Source: an uncultured delta proteobacterium
GTDB lineage: Bacteria > Desulfobacterota > Desulfomonilia > Desulfomonilales > Desulfomonilaceae
Reading direction: 5' to 3'
DNA length: 64,000 nucleotides
Assembly: GCA_963789265.1 (NCBI GenBank)
Contig: CAWBKB010000001.1
Location: 1,536,001-1,600,000, forward strand
The position numbers and the translations under genes were made by a program. Shown one piece after another: positions 9,973-20,379 of this stretch. Below the pieces are notes generated by a model that did no database searches, was not told the DNA's origin, and worked only from the letters and a program-made list of their open reading frames with translations. Each line of letters begins with the position of its first letter. The first letter of the stretch is position 1.

Positions 9973-10329
9973 ATGAGTTCCAACGTAATCCTGTTACCAA
10001 GGGTGATTCGACGCAGGGATGCAGCAGCATATCTGGGCATGGACAAGAATCGATTTGATCGAGAAGTCCGACCCTCCCTGACCGAATTCCCTATTGGGGA
10101 TCAGGGCGTTGGATTCGATAGGCTTGACTTGGACAACTGGTATGAAGAGTATAAGGCTCGCAACGGTCGTCCCGGCAAGCAGAAAGGAGCAAATAAGCTA
10201 TGGGACGAAAGAAAGTCGCCGGTCTCATCAACCGTAAAGGGATATGGCACCTCGACAAAGTTGTCCGAGGAAGAAGAGTTTGCGAAAGTACTGGCGAAAG
10301 TAACATCGAGAAAGCGGAAGAGTATCTAG
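9973..10329 (+). CDS. Excisionase-like HTH protein
   Basis: PRVIRRRDAAAYLGM..FDRLDLDNW; overlaps the integrase start. Confidence 0.7.
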   Translation: MSSNVILLPRVIRRRDAAAYLGMDKNRFDREVRPSLTEFPIGDQGVGFDRLDLDNWYEEYKARNGRPGKQKGANKLWDERKSPVSSTVKGYGTSTKLSEEEEFAKVLAKVTSRKRKSI

Positions 10330-11297
10330 CACGTAGAATTGAGGCGATCAGGCAAGCAGAGATTTACGGCGTGAGGCCGAAGAGAAGTTTTCGCCAGGCT
10401 GCAACTAAGTATTTGAAAGAGGCCACGAAGGCCAGTATAGGTCGAGATGCAGACCTACTGAAAGTATTGGAACCATTCATCGGGGACCTTCCCCTAGACT
10501 CCATCCACATGGGGAAGCTGCAGGCGTTTATTGTGAACCGTGAGGCTGCTGGGTGGAAAAAACGGACTATCAACTATGGCTTACAGGTGGTCAGGCACAT
10601 CCTCAACTTGGCTGTGAACGAATGGATAGACGAGTACGGTATGACTTGGTTGTCTCATACACGAAAGGTTAAGCTCCTCAAGGAAGACGACAAGAAGGAG
10701 CCGTACCCTCTGTCCTGGCAGGAGCAGGTACGCCTCTTTGACGAGTTGCCGCCTTATTTGGCGAAGATGGCACTATTCAAGGTCAATACGGGATGCCGGG
10801 ACCAAGAGGTTTGCAACCTCTTGTGGGAATGGGAAGTGCCCGTGCCTGAACTGAACACCTCTGTCTTTATCATCCCTGCCCACCTGGTTAAGAATCGGCA
10901 GGATCGACTGGTGGTGTTAAACCGGGCCGCTAAGGCAGTGGTTGAGGAAATGCGCGGAGTCCATCCTACACACGTGTTTTCCTACAAAGGTAAGCCCCTT
11001 CAAAGGATGTACAACCGGGCCTGGAGGGAAGGGCGTAAGCGTGCCGGACTCCCCCATATCCGGGTTCACGACTTGAAACATACCTTCGGGCGCAGGCTCC
11101 GATCTATCGGAGTGTCTTTTGAGGATCGGCAGGATTTGTTAGGCCACAAGTCCAGCAGGATCACAACCCACTATTCTCGGGCCGAACTGGCGAATCTCAT
11201 CTCCGCCTCGAACAGAGTGTGTGACAACGAGTCCCGCAAAAGTCCCGCACTGGTTATCTTGAAAAAGAAACCCCGCCTTGCCGTCGTCAACAACTAG
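10200..11297 (+). CDS. Tyrosine-type integrase
   Basis: NTGCRDQE, HDLKHTFG, LLGH..TTHY; adjacent to tRNA 3' end. Confidence 0.92.
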   Translation: MGRKKVAGLINRKGIWHLDKVVRGRRVCESTGESNIEKAEEYLARRIEAIRQAEIYGVRPKRSFRQAATKYLKEATKASIGRDADLLKVLEPFIGDLPLDSIHMGKLQAFIVNREAAGWKKRTINYGLQVVRHILNLAVNEWIDEYGMTWLSHTRKVKLLKEDDKKEPYPLSWQEQVRLFDELPPYLAKMALFKVNTGCRDQEVCNLLWEWEVPVPELNTSVFIIPAHLVKNRQDRLVVLNRAAKAVVEEMRGVHPTHVFSYKGKPLQRMYNRAWREGRKRAGLPHIRVHDLKHTFGRRLRSIGVSFEDRQDLLGHKSSRITTHYSRAELANLISASNRVCDNESRKSPALVILKKKPRLAVVNN

Positions 11298-11308
11298 GCG
11301 GGATTCTT
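11262..11308 (-). terminator. Probable tRNA-Phe terminator overlapping the integrase 3' end
   Basis: CCCGCCT..AGGCGGG stem with a T-rich tail on the minus strand. Confidence 0.55.
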
Positions 11309-11317
11309 AATGATTCG

Positions 11318-11393
<76 letters not shown>

Positions 11394-11458
11394 TCCAATG
11401 GCAGAGCATCATATATATGGAAGGGCATATCTGTCAACGAATTTCCGGGAGCGTCCGG

Positions 11459-11580
11459 GTATGCATTCAGTTACAGCCGGAATTTGCGGGTGGCTTCGTG
11501 GGGTGGGCTTTCTAGCCCGCCATTGAACAGGGGTTTCCCCGGCAGGCTGGAAAGCCTGCCCCACAAGACTGAATGGTTAC
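11459..11580. mobile_element. 122-bp MITE (family A) carrying a REP pair
   Basis: Ends GTATGCATTCAG/CTGAATGGTTAC; flanking 8-mers GCGTCCGG/ACGTCCGG; near-identical copy at 62750-62871. Confidence 0.85.
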
Positions 11581-11608
11581 ACGTCCGGAGGGCGGTTGCA
11601 CGCGGCCG

Positions 11609-13450
11609 TCACTTTTTAAGATAGTCGCGGGCAAGGTTGCGCACGCCCTTATTCTGTAACATGTGGAATGTGCGCATCCTTTTCACGTGTATAGGGTTGA
11701 GCGAGCCCAGAGGGATGTAAATTATTCTCTTCCCCATGCTCTTCGCCAACTTCTTCCATCGCATAGCCGGCGCCTTACGAGCGACATAAACCACTCCCGG
11801 CTTCTCTGAATAAACGATTCCCGCGACCAACAACCGTTCGTGCCGAGTACGCACAAAGTCGAATGCGGGATCGGTCCAAATATCGAACATTCTCAGCGGG
11901 GGATAAGACATCGCAAATCCGCCATGTTCCATTCGACTGATGCCCGGTCCCACGACCTCCGCTCCAGGCAATGTCGAATAAAAGGCCATGTCCGACTCCT
12001 GGGAGTGTTCACCAAGCCAGGTCATCTGAAACGGATAGCTGACAAACTTCTCGTCTTCATCGAAAATCACTACAATTGAGCCGAATTCCAGGCCGCCTTG
12101 ATTCTCTGTTTTGACGTAGATGCGATTCTCGTAAAATCTTCTCAGCGTCTGTCGAATGTCGGGTCCTTCACCGAAATCGGCAACAAACGGCTGCGCATCC
12201 GTCTGAGCTGTCTGCAGCAAGTGATTCGCGTGCTTCATGAGGGCATCGCCCCAACGTTCCACTTGCACATCCTCGGGCGGGTATGAGCAGATATCCAGCT
12301 CATTCGGATCGGCAGTCTCCCAATTGCGCTTGAGGTGTTCCCTCCACTTCGCGGTGTTGACGGCCTTCATTCTGTACTTCCTGGAAACATGGAAGAAGGT
12401 GCGTAGCTTCTTGTGCAGGACTATCTTGTGCCCGTGGAACATCAAGTTGTCCTCGTTCAAGAGCACCGCGGAAGGATCGAAAGGGTCGTTGGCCCAGGCA
12501 TACTCCGAGAGGAATTCGTGCACATAGTAACCGAAGTCTTCATCCATGGCCGAACGTGCAGCAGAGACAAGATGGTACAAATCCGGAAGTAACTCTCCCT
12601 TGTACGCAAGCCATTTCCTAAGAAATTTCGCCCAGGTGACCCGGACATAATTGGGTACCTCCTGGCGCGTCTGACGAGTGAAGTAACCAATTGCGGCCTC
12701 CATGAGCGACACGATCATATCATGGCGATTCTGCGGCGGATCCTCTCCAGGGTCTTTACGCCATTTCTCAAAGGCCTCGGTGATTCTGGGTATTTCAGTA
12801 AAGCCTTTTTTTAGGGAATCCGGATGGACTGGAGCCACAAGCGCAGCATTCACACCTGTTCTCATCAACGGGAGCGGCTGAGGTGCTTGGAGCCGTTCCA
12901 GTATCCCCGGAATGTGAGCAAGGCCGCCGACAAACAGGACCTTATTGTAATCACGGGCCGCGCCTTGTAAGCGTGAAACCATGAATGTCTCGCGTTGAGC
13001 ATTTCCCTCGTCTTGCCAGAGGAGGTCCTTGCCGTGAGACGAGACAGTCTCTATGAAAGTCTTTTGGCCGACCTTGTCGATCAGGTAAGCATCGGGTATG
13101 CGGTCCATAAACAACGGGTAACGCAGCGGAAGAGGATCTATGAACCAGACTGGGATTTTGTTTTCCAAAGCCGACCGTGCCGCCTCCTGGACACCGTCGG
13201 ACCCTTCCATTATGAGAACCGCATTTTCCTTCTCGGCAGTTTCATAGAGAATTACAGAATGATACGGAAGTCGTCGCACACCGGAGATAATTTCGTTGCG
13301 CAAAGCATTGGGTAGCTCAACGCAGATACAATCGGGCTTCTCGTTTCGGACATAAGTATTCACCAGGACCGAGAATTCAACCCGGTAGTGCAGGACCCCA
13401 ATGAGCGTAATGTTGCCGAACCTGACGAGATCAGACCAGTTTTGGCCCAT
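11609..13450 (-). CDS. Conserved hypothetical protein, partner of MoxR ATPase (TraB-like N-terminus)
   Basis: ~613 aa; PDCICVELP, RE.FM, VLFVGGLAH motifs; overlaps the MoxR stop. Confidence 0.7.
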   Translation of the reverse strand: MGQNWSDLVRFGNITLIGVLHYRVEFSVLVNTYVRNEKPDCICVELPNALRNEIISGVRRLPYHSVILYETAEKENAVLIMEGSDGVQEAARSALENKIPVWFIDPLPLRYPLFMDRIPDAYLIDKVGQKTFIETVSSHGKDLLWQDEGNAQRETFMVSRLQGAARDYNKVLFVGGLAHIPGILERLQAPQPLPLMRTGVNAALVAPVHPDSLKKGFTEIPRITEAFEKWRKDPGEDPPQNRHDMIVSLMEAAIGYFTRQTRQEVPNYVRVTWAKFLRKWLAYKGELLPDLYHLVSAARSAMDEDFGYYVHEFLSEYAWANDPFDPSAVLLNEDNLMFHGHKIVLHKKLRTFFHVSRKYRMKAVNTAKWREHLKRNWETADPNELDICSYPPEDVQVERWGDALMKHANHLLQTAQTDAQPFVADFGEGPDIRQTLRRFYENRIYVKTENQGGLEFGSIVVIFDEDEKFVSYPFQMTWLGEHSQESDMAFYSTLPGAEVVGPGISRMEHGGFAMSYPPLRMFDIWTDPAFDFVRTRHERLLVAGIVYSEKPGVVYVARKAPAMRWKKLAKSMGKRIIYIPLGSLNPIHVKRMRTFHMLQNKGVRNLARDYLKK

Positions 13451-14279
13451 CAATTGAGGCACGGTCTTCTCCGGTGATTTGTAGGAGTGATTGGTCAAGA
13501 GCCTTCCGTTCATCGAACTTCGAATCGGATTTTATCAATCTATGAGCGTACCTGGCGATGTTCAGTCCGTCGCGGATGCTCAAATCCTCGTCTCTTGTGT
13601 GCGATTGCTGAAGTATGGCAACCACCTGGCGGATGAGATCATCGGACGGCCCATCCAGCTTGCCCCTGAGGATGCGATATTCTTCGTCTCGGGTCGGGAA
13701 ATCCATGTGTATGGCAGGCTGAAGTCGAGAATGAATGTATTCGGGGACCTCGAAGGTGGAAGCATCTTCGTTCATTGTAACACATACCCTGAATTCGGGT
13801 CGTGCCTTGATCTCGACTCCGGCGACTATCGAGTACACGCTGCGCCGCATGTCCAGAAGAGGGGCGATTGATGCCCAACTTTTTTCACTCATTCTGTTGC
13901 CTTCATCGAGGAGGCAGATTCCGCCGCGTACCATGGCCGTGACCAGTGGCGAAGCCATGTACCGAATTTTATTGTTGTCTGCTATGACTGGTGACACGAT
14001 GAGATCCTCGGGCTTGGTGTCAACGGTACACTGGGTGATGTACAGATCCTGTTTCATCTCCTTGGCGGCCGTGATCGCCAGAGAGGTCTTCCCAACGCCG
14101 GGCTTCCCCAATATTCTGGGCTGCATAGGTGGATCGAAGTCGTCCTCGGACCATGCAGCCAGCAGTTGCGTGAGGGGCTCTTTCATCCCCACCCATTCCA
14201 CCTCCAGTTCAGGTGGATCTACCAGATAAATATCCACGCCTTTCGAGGTAATCTTGTCCAAGTTCTTGGTCATTTTCAT
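13431..14279 (-). CDS. MoxR-family AAA+ ATPase
   Basis: GKPGVGKT Walker A, LLDEGNR Walker B. Confidence 0.88.
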   Translation of the reverse strand: MKMTKNLDKITSKGVDIYLVDPPELEVEWVGMKEPLTQLLAAWSEDDFDPPMQPRILGKPGVGKTSLAITAAKEMKQDLYITQCTVDTKPEDLIVSPVIADNNKIRYMASPLVTAMVRGGICLLDEGNRMSEKSWASIAPLLDMRRSVYSIVAGVEIKARPEFRVCVTMNEDASTFEVPEYIHSRLQPAIHMDFPTRDEEYRILRGKLDGPSDDLIRQVVAILQQSHTRDEDLSIRDGLNIARYAHRLIKSDSKFDERKALDQSLLQITGEDRASIDGPKLV

Positions 14280-14650
14280 CCTGTCTTCTCGGTTTTCGGC
14301 TCAAGCGACCACAGGTCGTACCGGGGAGTGCCTGTAATCGCTCGCCAGCGCTGGGGAATCAAGGAGTGAAAACTCGCGTTCCGCTGTCTCAGCCTTGGCA
14401 TTGCAGGAGATCAGCTCGTCTCGCTCGCAATGACAATTTTCATCTTATGTGCGCCAATGTTTATGAATTCCTCAGCATTATGGCTTGATTGTAGGCGAGG
14501 AAACTCGTGCTGTCAACCGACAGCCGAACGGCAAAGGGCAGGGCGAGGGATGAATCTGTTTCTGAAGGGCAGGTAGTACGGGCATTTCCATGAAGTCATT
14601 ACGGCAGTAAGGTATGTCCTTTGCCACTGCATACAGATCCAGACTGGAAC

Positions 14651-15835
14651 TCAAACCCACCTGGAGAAAACCACATTGGACAACAGGCGACCTTTAGGAG
14701 TGAGAGCAAGGTGGTGTCGGTCAAGAATGAAAAGACCGGCCGGTTCCAGATCTCCGATCGTGTTCACTACGAAAGTTCGAGCATCTATTGAGTAACGTTT
14801 GCCTATAAACTCCAGATCGATCCCTTTCACCAGTCGTAGCCCCATGATGAGGGCGTCTTTGAATCGGATCATCGGGGTTAGCTCAGCCCGCGAAGCAAAA
14901 GGCAGTCTGTTGTTCTGCACGGTCTGTTCGTATCGTTCCAGATCCTCGATGTTCGCGTACCGATGGTGCCCAGTCATTCCGTGCGCACCGGGTCCCAATC
15001 CAATATAGATCTGGTCCTGCCAGTATTTGAGATTGTGTCGAGCGAAAAGACCTTTTCGGGCAAAGTTCGACAGCTCGTAATGCTCGTACCCGGCCTCCTT
15101 CGCGAACAGGCAAATGTCTTCATAAAGATCCGCGGATAAATCGTCGTCAAGAGGCGGTATCCGCCCGTCACGTATCAGCGCTTCGAGTTTCGTGCCGCGC
15201 TTCAGTTCCAAAAGATAGATCGAAAGATGCTCCGGCCCTAGTTCAATGACCTTCTCCAGACTGTATCGAAGCGACCCGCGGGACTGCCCGGGAAAGCCCA
15301 CGATGAGATCCACCGAAACATCCTCAAAGCCTGCATTGCGCAGGTCCTCATAGGTTGCGACGGTTTGCCGTGCGGTATGCGGCCTCCCCATGGAGTCCAG
15401 CTCGATGTCGTGTGCGGACTGCATCCCCAGGCTGACCCGGTTTACTCCTGCCTGCCGGAATTCGCGGACCGCGGATCGGGTGGCCGTCGCGGGGTTGATC
15501 TCCATTGTAATTTCGGGCGTTTGGGTGACACGAAAAGATGACTGAACAGCTTCGATCAATTTCGCTATTTTGCTTGGGGGCAAGAGGGAAGGGGTGCCGC
15601 CTCCGAAGTAGATGGTGTCCACAAATGTGTCGTCAGAGACGGAGCCGGATGCCGACTGCCCGCTCCTTAATCGGATTTCTTTGATGACGGAATCGACGTA
15701 AGGATCTATTAGACCGGCTTCATAGAGATTCGTCACAAATGCGCAGTAATGACAGCGGCATATACAAAACGGCACGTGTATATATATTCCAACGGGGCCG
15801 AGGGCCGGAGGAAATACGGGATCAAAGGTGTTCAT
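14651..15835 (-). CDS. hemW: Radical SAM heme chaperone HemW (HemN-like)
   Basis: YIHVPFCxxxCxYC, TIYFGGGTPS, YELSNFA, HNLKYW. Confidence 0.9.
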   Translation of the reverse strand: MNTFDPVFPPALGPVGIYIHVPFCICRCHYCAFVTNLYEAGLIDPYVDSVIKEIRLRSGQSASGSVSDDTFVDTIYFGGGTPSLLPPSKIAKLIEAVQSSFRVTQTPEITMEINPATATRSAVREFRQAGVNRVSLGMQSAHDIELDSMGRPHTARQTVATYEDLRNAGFEDVSVDLIVGFPGQSRGSLRYSLEKVIELGPEHLSIYLLELKRGTKLEALIRDGRIPPLDDDLSADLYEDICLFAKEAGYEHYELSNFARKGLFARHNLKYWQDQIYIGLGPGAHGMTGHHRYANIEDLERYEQTVQNNRLPFASRAELTPMIRFKDALIMGLRLVKGIDLEFIGKRYSIDARTFVVNTIGDLEPAGLFILDRHHLALTPKGRLLSNVVFSRWV

Positions 15836-15999
15836 GGCAGTTTCGGTTGATGGCATGGATACAGTAGGTGGCAAGCGGACGTAACGCTAATCGTGGCGGA
15901 ATGCCCCAACTCGATAGTATTAGCTGCTTTTCAGTTCAGGCCAACGCGGGAGACTAGCCAAGACTTTAACATCCCTAAGTGCCGCAGAGTGAGTCCCGA

Positions 16000-16298
16000 T
16001 CATTTCCTGCCTCTGTGCCTTCCGTGCTTAGGCATCCGGCAAGGGTAGGGTGGTTCCAGAACCGGAGCAGGCTGCATTTGACCCGGACAGCAATAGGACG
16101 GCGGAGGAGGATAGTCGCAACCATAGGACCCCTCGCCACCATAGCGCGACCGCCACTGCATCCTCTCTCCATAGCTCACTCCCCACAAGCTGAGCGCCCG
16201 TACGAGCTTTGTCCACAGGCAGTGCCTGTTGGAGCCATAGAAGACATTATGCTCAATCCTACAACTAAAACCAACCCTCTTAGAATAGCCTTCAACAT
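16000..16298 (-). pseudogene. Small secreted Cys/Pro/Tyr-rich protein, frameshifted near a G4 run (~16181-16184)
   Basis: Signal-peptide-like MLKAILRGLVLVVGL.. then YGCDYPPPPSYCCP in another frame. Confidence 0.4.
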
Positions 16299-16548
16299 AA
16301 CTCTCCCTCTCTCTTGAAGCAGGCGGCATAAATCTCACCGTCGAGAAGTATATTATCAGACTTTTTGGTGCACAGGGGAAGATTTTTGACGGCGCCGTAG
16401 TGTTCCTGGCAACTTGCAGACAGCGGGAGGAGCATTGTGATCCGCGAATATCCAAATACCAACCAAGTTCAGTGGGGATCCGGTGACGGACAAACAGCGA
16501 CGAGCACCTGAGGAAGCACTTGAGCTTCTACTCTCGTGAATCTAATGC

Positions 16549-17008
16549 TTAAGCGCTCTTTGACGGAGGGTTTACGATGCGAAGGCCCCAGAGGATGAGC
16601 GCAAAGGAAATAAGACCTGTCGGCCCGGACGAATACGCCACGCCTCTGATCAGAGCCTCTTGAAAGGCACTTCCGTGTGCAGCTCCTGCCGCCAGCGGCA
16701 TTGTTTCGTTGCCGACTCCCCAGATGCCGGCCATCACGTATGCGGCCAAGATAGCGAAAGCCGAATAGAGCAGAAACCAGAACGCAATTCGTGAAGTTGC
16801 GACGCCGAGATTGAGCTTGGGCCACAACAGCCCCAGAGCCAACAGCATAACGCCCTGTAACGCGCTAAGCCTATGTACCTGACAGTCCAAGGGGCGGCGA
16901 GGCCAGGTGTGGAATCGCGAAGCCTTCTAATGACGTGAACAAGAAGAGGGCAATGCCGAACTGGAGCAGACGACAGCCCTGACGTGATAGTACGATAGAT
17001 GTGTTCAT
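16549..17008 (-). pseudogene. Hydroxylaminobenzene mutase/StyC-like membrane protein, +1 frameshift at 16878-16879
   Basis: MNTSIVLSRQGCRLLQFGIALFLF..LGLS joins VHRLSALQGVMLLALGLLWPKL when one G is removed. Confidence 0.65.
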
Positions 17009-17494
17009 GAGTCCTCCGATACCAGGCCGTTTGATTGCGGCCCAAATTGGAACTGATGAACTGCACAAGCGTCGGCGTCGCTTACTACGCGGCGAACAGA
17101 GTGGGACGTATCGCGGATTCGATCTCGTGAGAGACGCCATGTCTCGTAAGGCGGGAGACCCCAGGATGACACTCCACTACCAATTGGGAGTCGAAAACGT
17201 AGTTGCTCGCAGCGCTGTGCGATGACCTCGCGCCCGGGGCGGGACGGATCATGGCGAGTCGCAGGCAGGCACCGCGGAGGAATGGGGAAAGAGAATAATC
17301 CACCACATCGTACGCAGAATGGTCTCGTACTTGGACAGCAGAATTTCTCCGTATCGAAGTGGGACCTGCGCGCTTCCCGACCTCCACGGCTGCCTTGCGG
17401 CCCATAGGCAATAAGCTATTAAAATTTGCTAGAGATTGCCGTCTGGGCCATTCCTGCGAAGTCCACAAAAGGGAAGAATCTCTGAGGAGCCTAC

Positions 17495-17971
17495 CTATCC
17501 CCGCATTTCTGCCATAGCCGTTTCATGCCGCTTTCGCAACTCCTCGAAAGGTACGTCCTCTTTGTGCGTTGCGAGCGACCAGGAATGGCCGAAGGGATCG
17601 GTTACTTGTCCGAAGCGATCTCCCCAAAACATGTCCGCAACCGGCATTGATACCTTGGCGCCGGCCGAGACAGCCTGGTCGAATACTTGGTCAACATCCT
17701 TTACGTACAAGAAAATATTGACCGCCGTACCACCTAAAGCCTGAGGAGAACGACAGTCGCCGCTTTCCATCTCGTCGGACAACATGATAATGGAATCACC
17801 GATCCTGATCTCAGCGTGGCCGATTTTTCCGGGAGGACCTTCAATGCGATACAGTTCCTCGGCCCCCAAAGCCTGTTTATAGAAATCAATGGCTCCGGCA
17901 GCATCACGTACAACTAAATACGGAGTCACAGTGTGAAAACCTTCTGGGATTTCTTTTGCTTGACTTGCCAT
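17495..17971 (-). CDS. VOC/glyoxalase (PhnB-like) protein
   Basis: TVTPYL..AIDFY..HAEIRIG..MFWGDR.G..DPFGH.W. Confidence 0.9.
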   Translation of the reverse strand: MASQAKEIPEGFHTVTPYLVVRDAAGAIDFYKQALGAEELYRIEGPPGKIGHAEIRIGDSIIMLSDEMESGDCRSPQALGGTAVNIFLYVKDVDQVFDQAVSAGAKVSMPVADMFWGDRFGQVTDPFGHSWSLATHKEDVPFEELRKRHETAMAEMRG

Positions 17972-18280
17972 TGTTCTTTCCTCGTCAATTCAGATTGCGT
18001 TTCAATTGGTCAAGATTTTAACAAAATGTAATCATCGTCTTGAGAATGGGAAGAGGCCGAGGAACGGAATTGCGCGGCAGCCATGCGATCTCGAACATTT
18101 TTCGGGTCTGTAACTGCTTGCGAATACTTTCGATACCCCCATACAAGTTGCGTCTCCGGAATATAACCTCCATCATAATGGTATATTAACGGAAAATAAA
18201 TGTGATTGCTTGAAGTCGCTTGCTTTGGGATTTACTGACGTGTTTTTGAAGAAGTATATCTAATGATTACAATATGTTAT

Positions 18281-18354
18281 TGGCTGGGGGACGAGGATTC
18301 GAACCTCGGTTAACGGGGCCAGAACCCGCCGTCCTGCCGCTAGACGATCCCCCA
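18281..18354 (-). tRNA. tRNA-Gln (CTG)
   Basis: TGGGGGATCGTCTAGCGG..TTCTGGC..GGTTCGAATCC..CCCCCAGCCA. Confidence 0.95.
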
Positions 18355-18528
18355 AGCAGTTCATCATCTTAGATTTCGAGTGACAGCATGTCAAGATCAA
18401 AATCCAAGGATCTGTTTTGGCTATCTCTGTGGCGCTCGCCAACGAGAAGAGCGTGCCGACCATTGCGATCTTTTCCAAAAAAGTGCAATGCTAATACGGT
18501 CTAACTAGACCAAACTGAGATCAATGCA

Positions 18529-19305
18529 ATGATAGACACGCACAATCACCTTCTCCCAGGCATTGATGACGGCGCCCGAGACATGGAGGAAACTTTGAGA
18601 ATGTGCCAGGTGGCCCTGGATGACGGAATTAGAGTCATTGTTGCGACCCCTCATTCTTTTGACGGAAGGTTTCGTAATCACGCGGACCCAATAAAATTCC
18701 TCGTCCGGGAGCTGAATGCAGCGTTGACTTCGGCCGGTCTTGACTTAAGAATTGTGCCGGGAATGGAAGTCCGAATTGTGGCAGACCTCCTTGAACTAGT
18801 AGCAGATGGAAAAATCCTCCCCTTGAACGAAGGAAAGTACATTCTACTCGAATTCCACCCCTCTCAATTGCCCGCGGGTTTTGAAAATTTGGCTCGCCAC
18901 CTTGCCTCATCAGGGTTCGGCCTGATCCTCGGTCATCCGGAAAAGAACTCGGCAATTCAGCGCGATCCGGAATATCTCTTCCATTTGTTGAACGAGTTCA
19001 AACCTTGGGACATTCTCATTCAGGTCTCGGCGGACGCTCTAACCGGAGAGCATGGACTTCGCGCGGCAATGACAGCCAAGACGCTTTTCAGACACAATCT
19101 TGTCCACATCATCGCGACTGACGCCCATTCTTCGAGCAAGAGAGCCCCACGCTTGTCAGAGGCGGTGGAGGTGGCTTCGAGCCTGATTGGAAGAGAAAAC
19201 GCCTTGAAAATGGTTCATGAAATACCTAAGGCAGTGCTCGAAGGACGAGCCTTTCCGGAACCGCTGGAACCCATGAATCCCCGGCGCTGGTGGCGGATCT
19301 TTTGA
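18529..19305 (+). CDS. CpsB/CapC (YwqE-like) PHP tyrosine phosphatase
   Basis: IDTHNHLLPGIDDG, ATPH, GHPEKN, ATDAH. Confidence 0.9.
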   Translation: MIDTHNHLLPGIDDGARDMEETLRMCQVALDDGIRVIVATPHSFDGRFRNHADPIKFLVRELNAALTSAGLDLRIVPGMEVRIVADLLELVADGKILPLNEGKYILLEFHPSQLPAGFENLARHLASSGFGLILGHPEKNSAIQRDPEYLFHLLNEFKPWDILIQVSADALTGEHGLRAAMTAKTLFRHNLVHIIATDAHSSSKRAPRLSEAVEVASSLIGRENALKMVHEIPKAVLEGRAFPEPLEPMNPRRWWRIF

Positions 19306-19413
19306 TGCGAGCCGGCGGTCCCCGATGCCTCAACTGCTGAATTTTGCAGGGAAATAGCAGGGGCCGAGTTGTTCCCGGCGATGGAATCCCACAAGAAATG
19401 GTGCCGGCCATGT

Positions 19414-20379
19414 CTAAGAGGTGCTGTTTGTTTTGATGATGTGTTGATAGGCTTCCCGGATGAGGTGAAATTTCTTGTTGGCAAATTCCACAAAATCGGC
19501 CGGTAAGCCCTTTCCTTGAATTACGTCGGGATGATACTGTTTCACCAAGCTGCGATATTTTGCTTTAATTTCTTCAGCCCCATCGGTCTTCTTACAATTG
19601 AGAATGGCATAGTACTTGTTGACATTATCAGCTTCCGGGCCATTCTCCTCACGAGGAGCAAATTTGTTGAACACAGCTCCATACGCTCTCAGAAGTTCCA
19701 ATAAATCATCCCAACCCGTCTTAAAGGCCATGTCAAGGGGAGTCTCCCCGTACCTGTTTCCGGCATTGACGTCGGCTCCTGCCTTGATGAGCAACAGGAC
19801 CATTTCCATGTCTCCACTTTCAACAGCTCCCATCAACGCAGTCTTTCCGCTTGCTCGGCTCCTGAAATCTATCTTGGCCCCGCAACTCACCAGGATTCCG
19901 GCTATTTCGTAGTGTCTTCTCTCAGATGCTCTTATCAACGCTGTTTTTCCACTTCTCCCTCCAGTGGCATTAACTCGGGCGCCCATTTTCAGCAAATATC
20001 TTACCATCTCAACATGTCCGTTCTGGGTGGCCACCATTAAGGCTGTCTTTCCACGGTTCGTTCTCCTGGCATTGACGTTGCCTCCAGCCCCTATGAAGCG
20101 CCTTGCGTCATCCAATCTGCCCGATTCGCATGCTCCCAGGAATTCTCGCACGGGTTGGGTCTTCGTCTTTGACCTCGGCAGGGTTGTCCACCATCTGCTC
20201 GGCGATTTGGTAATCTTAGTTCTGTGGGTAATCCGGGCCAAGTCCTGTTCGGTCTTCAATATACGAAAACCTACGAACGAGCGTTTCACCCTGAGCTTGA
20301 TGTAGAATACGGCAAGCACAATGCCAGTGCCGGCGGCGCCCAACAGGAACAGATCTATGATGAATTGCGTGTTATGCAT
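19414..20379 (-). CDS. Membrane-anchored ankyrin-repeat protein with C-terminal J domain
   Basis: N-terminal TM; GKTAL ankyrin repeats; YYAIL..YHPD. Confidence 0.85.
   Translation of the reverse strand: MHNTQFIIDLFLLGAAGTGIVLAVFYIKLRVKRSFVGFRILKTEQDLARITHRTKITKSPSRWWTTLPRSKTKTQPVREFLGACESGRLDDARRFIGAGGNVNARRTNRGKTALMVATQNGHVEMVRYLLKMGARVNATGGRSGKTALIRASERRHYEIAGILVSCGAKIDFRSRASGKTALMGAVESGDMEMVLLLIKAGADVNAGNRYGETPLDMAFKTGWDDLLELLRAYGAVFNKFAPREENGPEADNVNKYYAILNCKKTDGAEEIKAKYRSLVKQYHPDVIQGKGLPADFVEFANKKFHLIREAYQHIIKTNSTS

Larger units (their letters stand above)
1..11317. mobile_element. Integrative element/genomic island at the 3' end of tRNA-Phe (left end outside window)
   Basis: Tyrosine integrase ends 20 bp from the tRNA-Phe CCA end; excisionase-like gene upstream; cargo of hypotheticals and pseudogenes; no second att copy seen in the window. 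Confidence 0.8.

Noticed and set aside
16470..18280. Islet integrated at tRNA-Gln
   Set aside because: Cargo looks accessory, but no integrase and no duplicate of the tRNA 3' end was found
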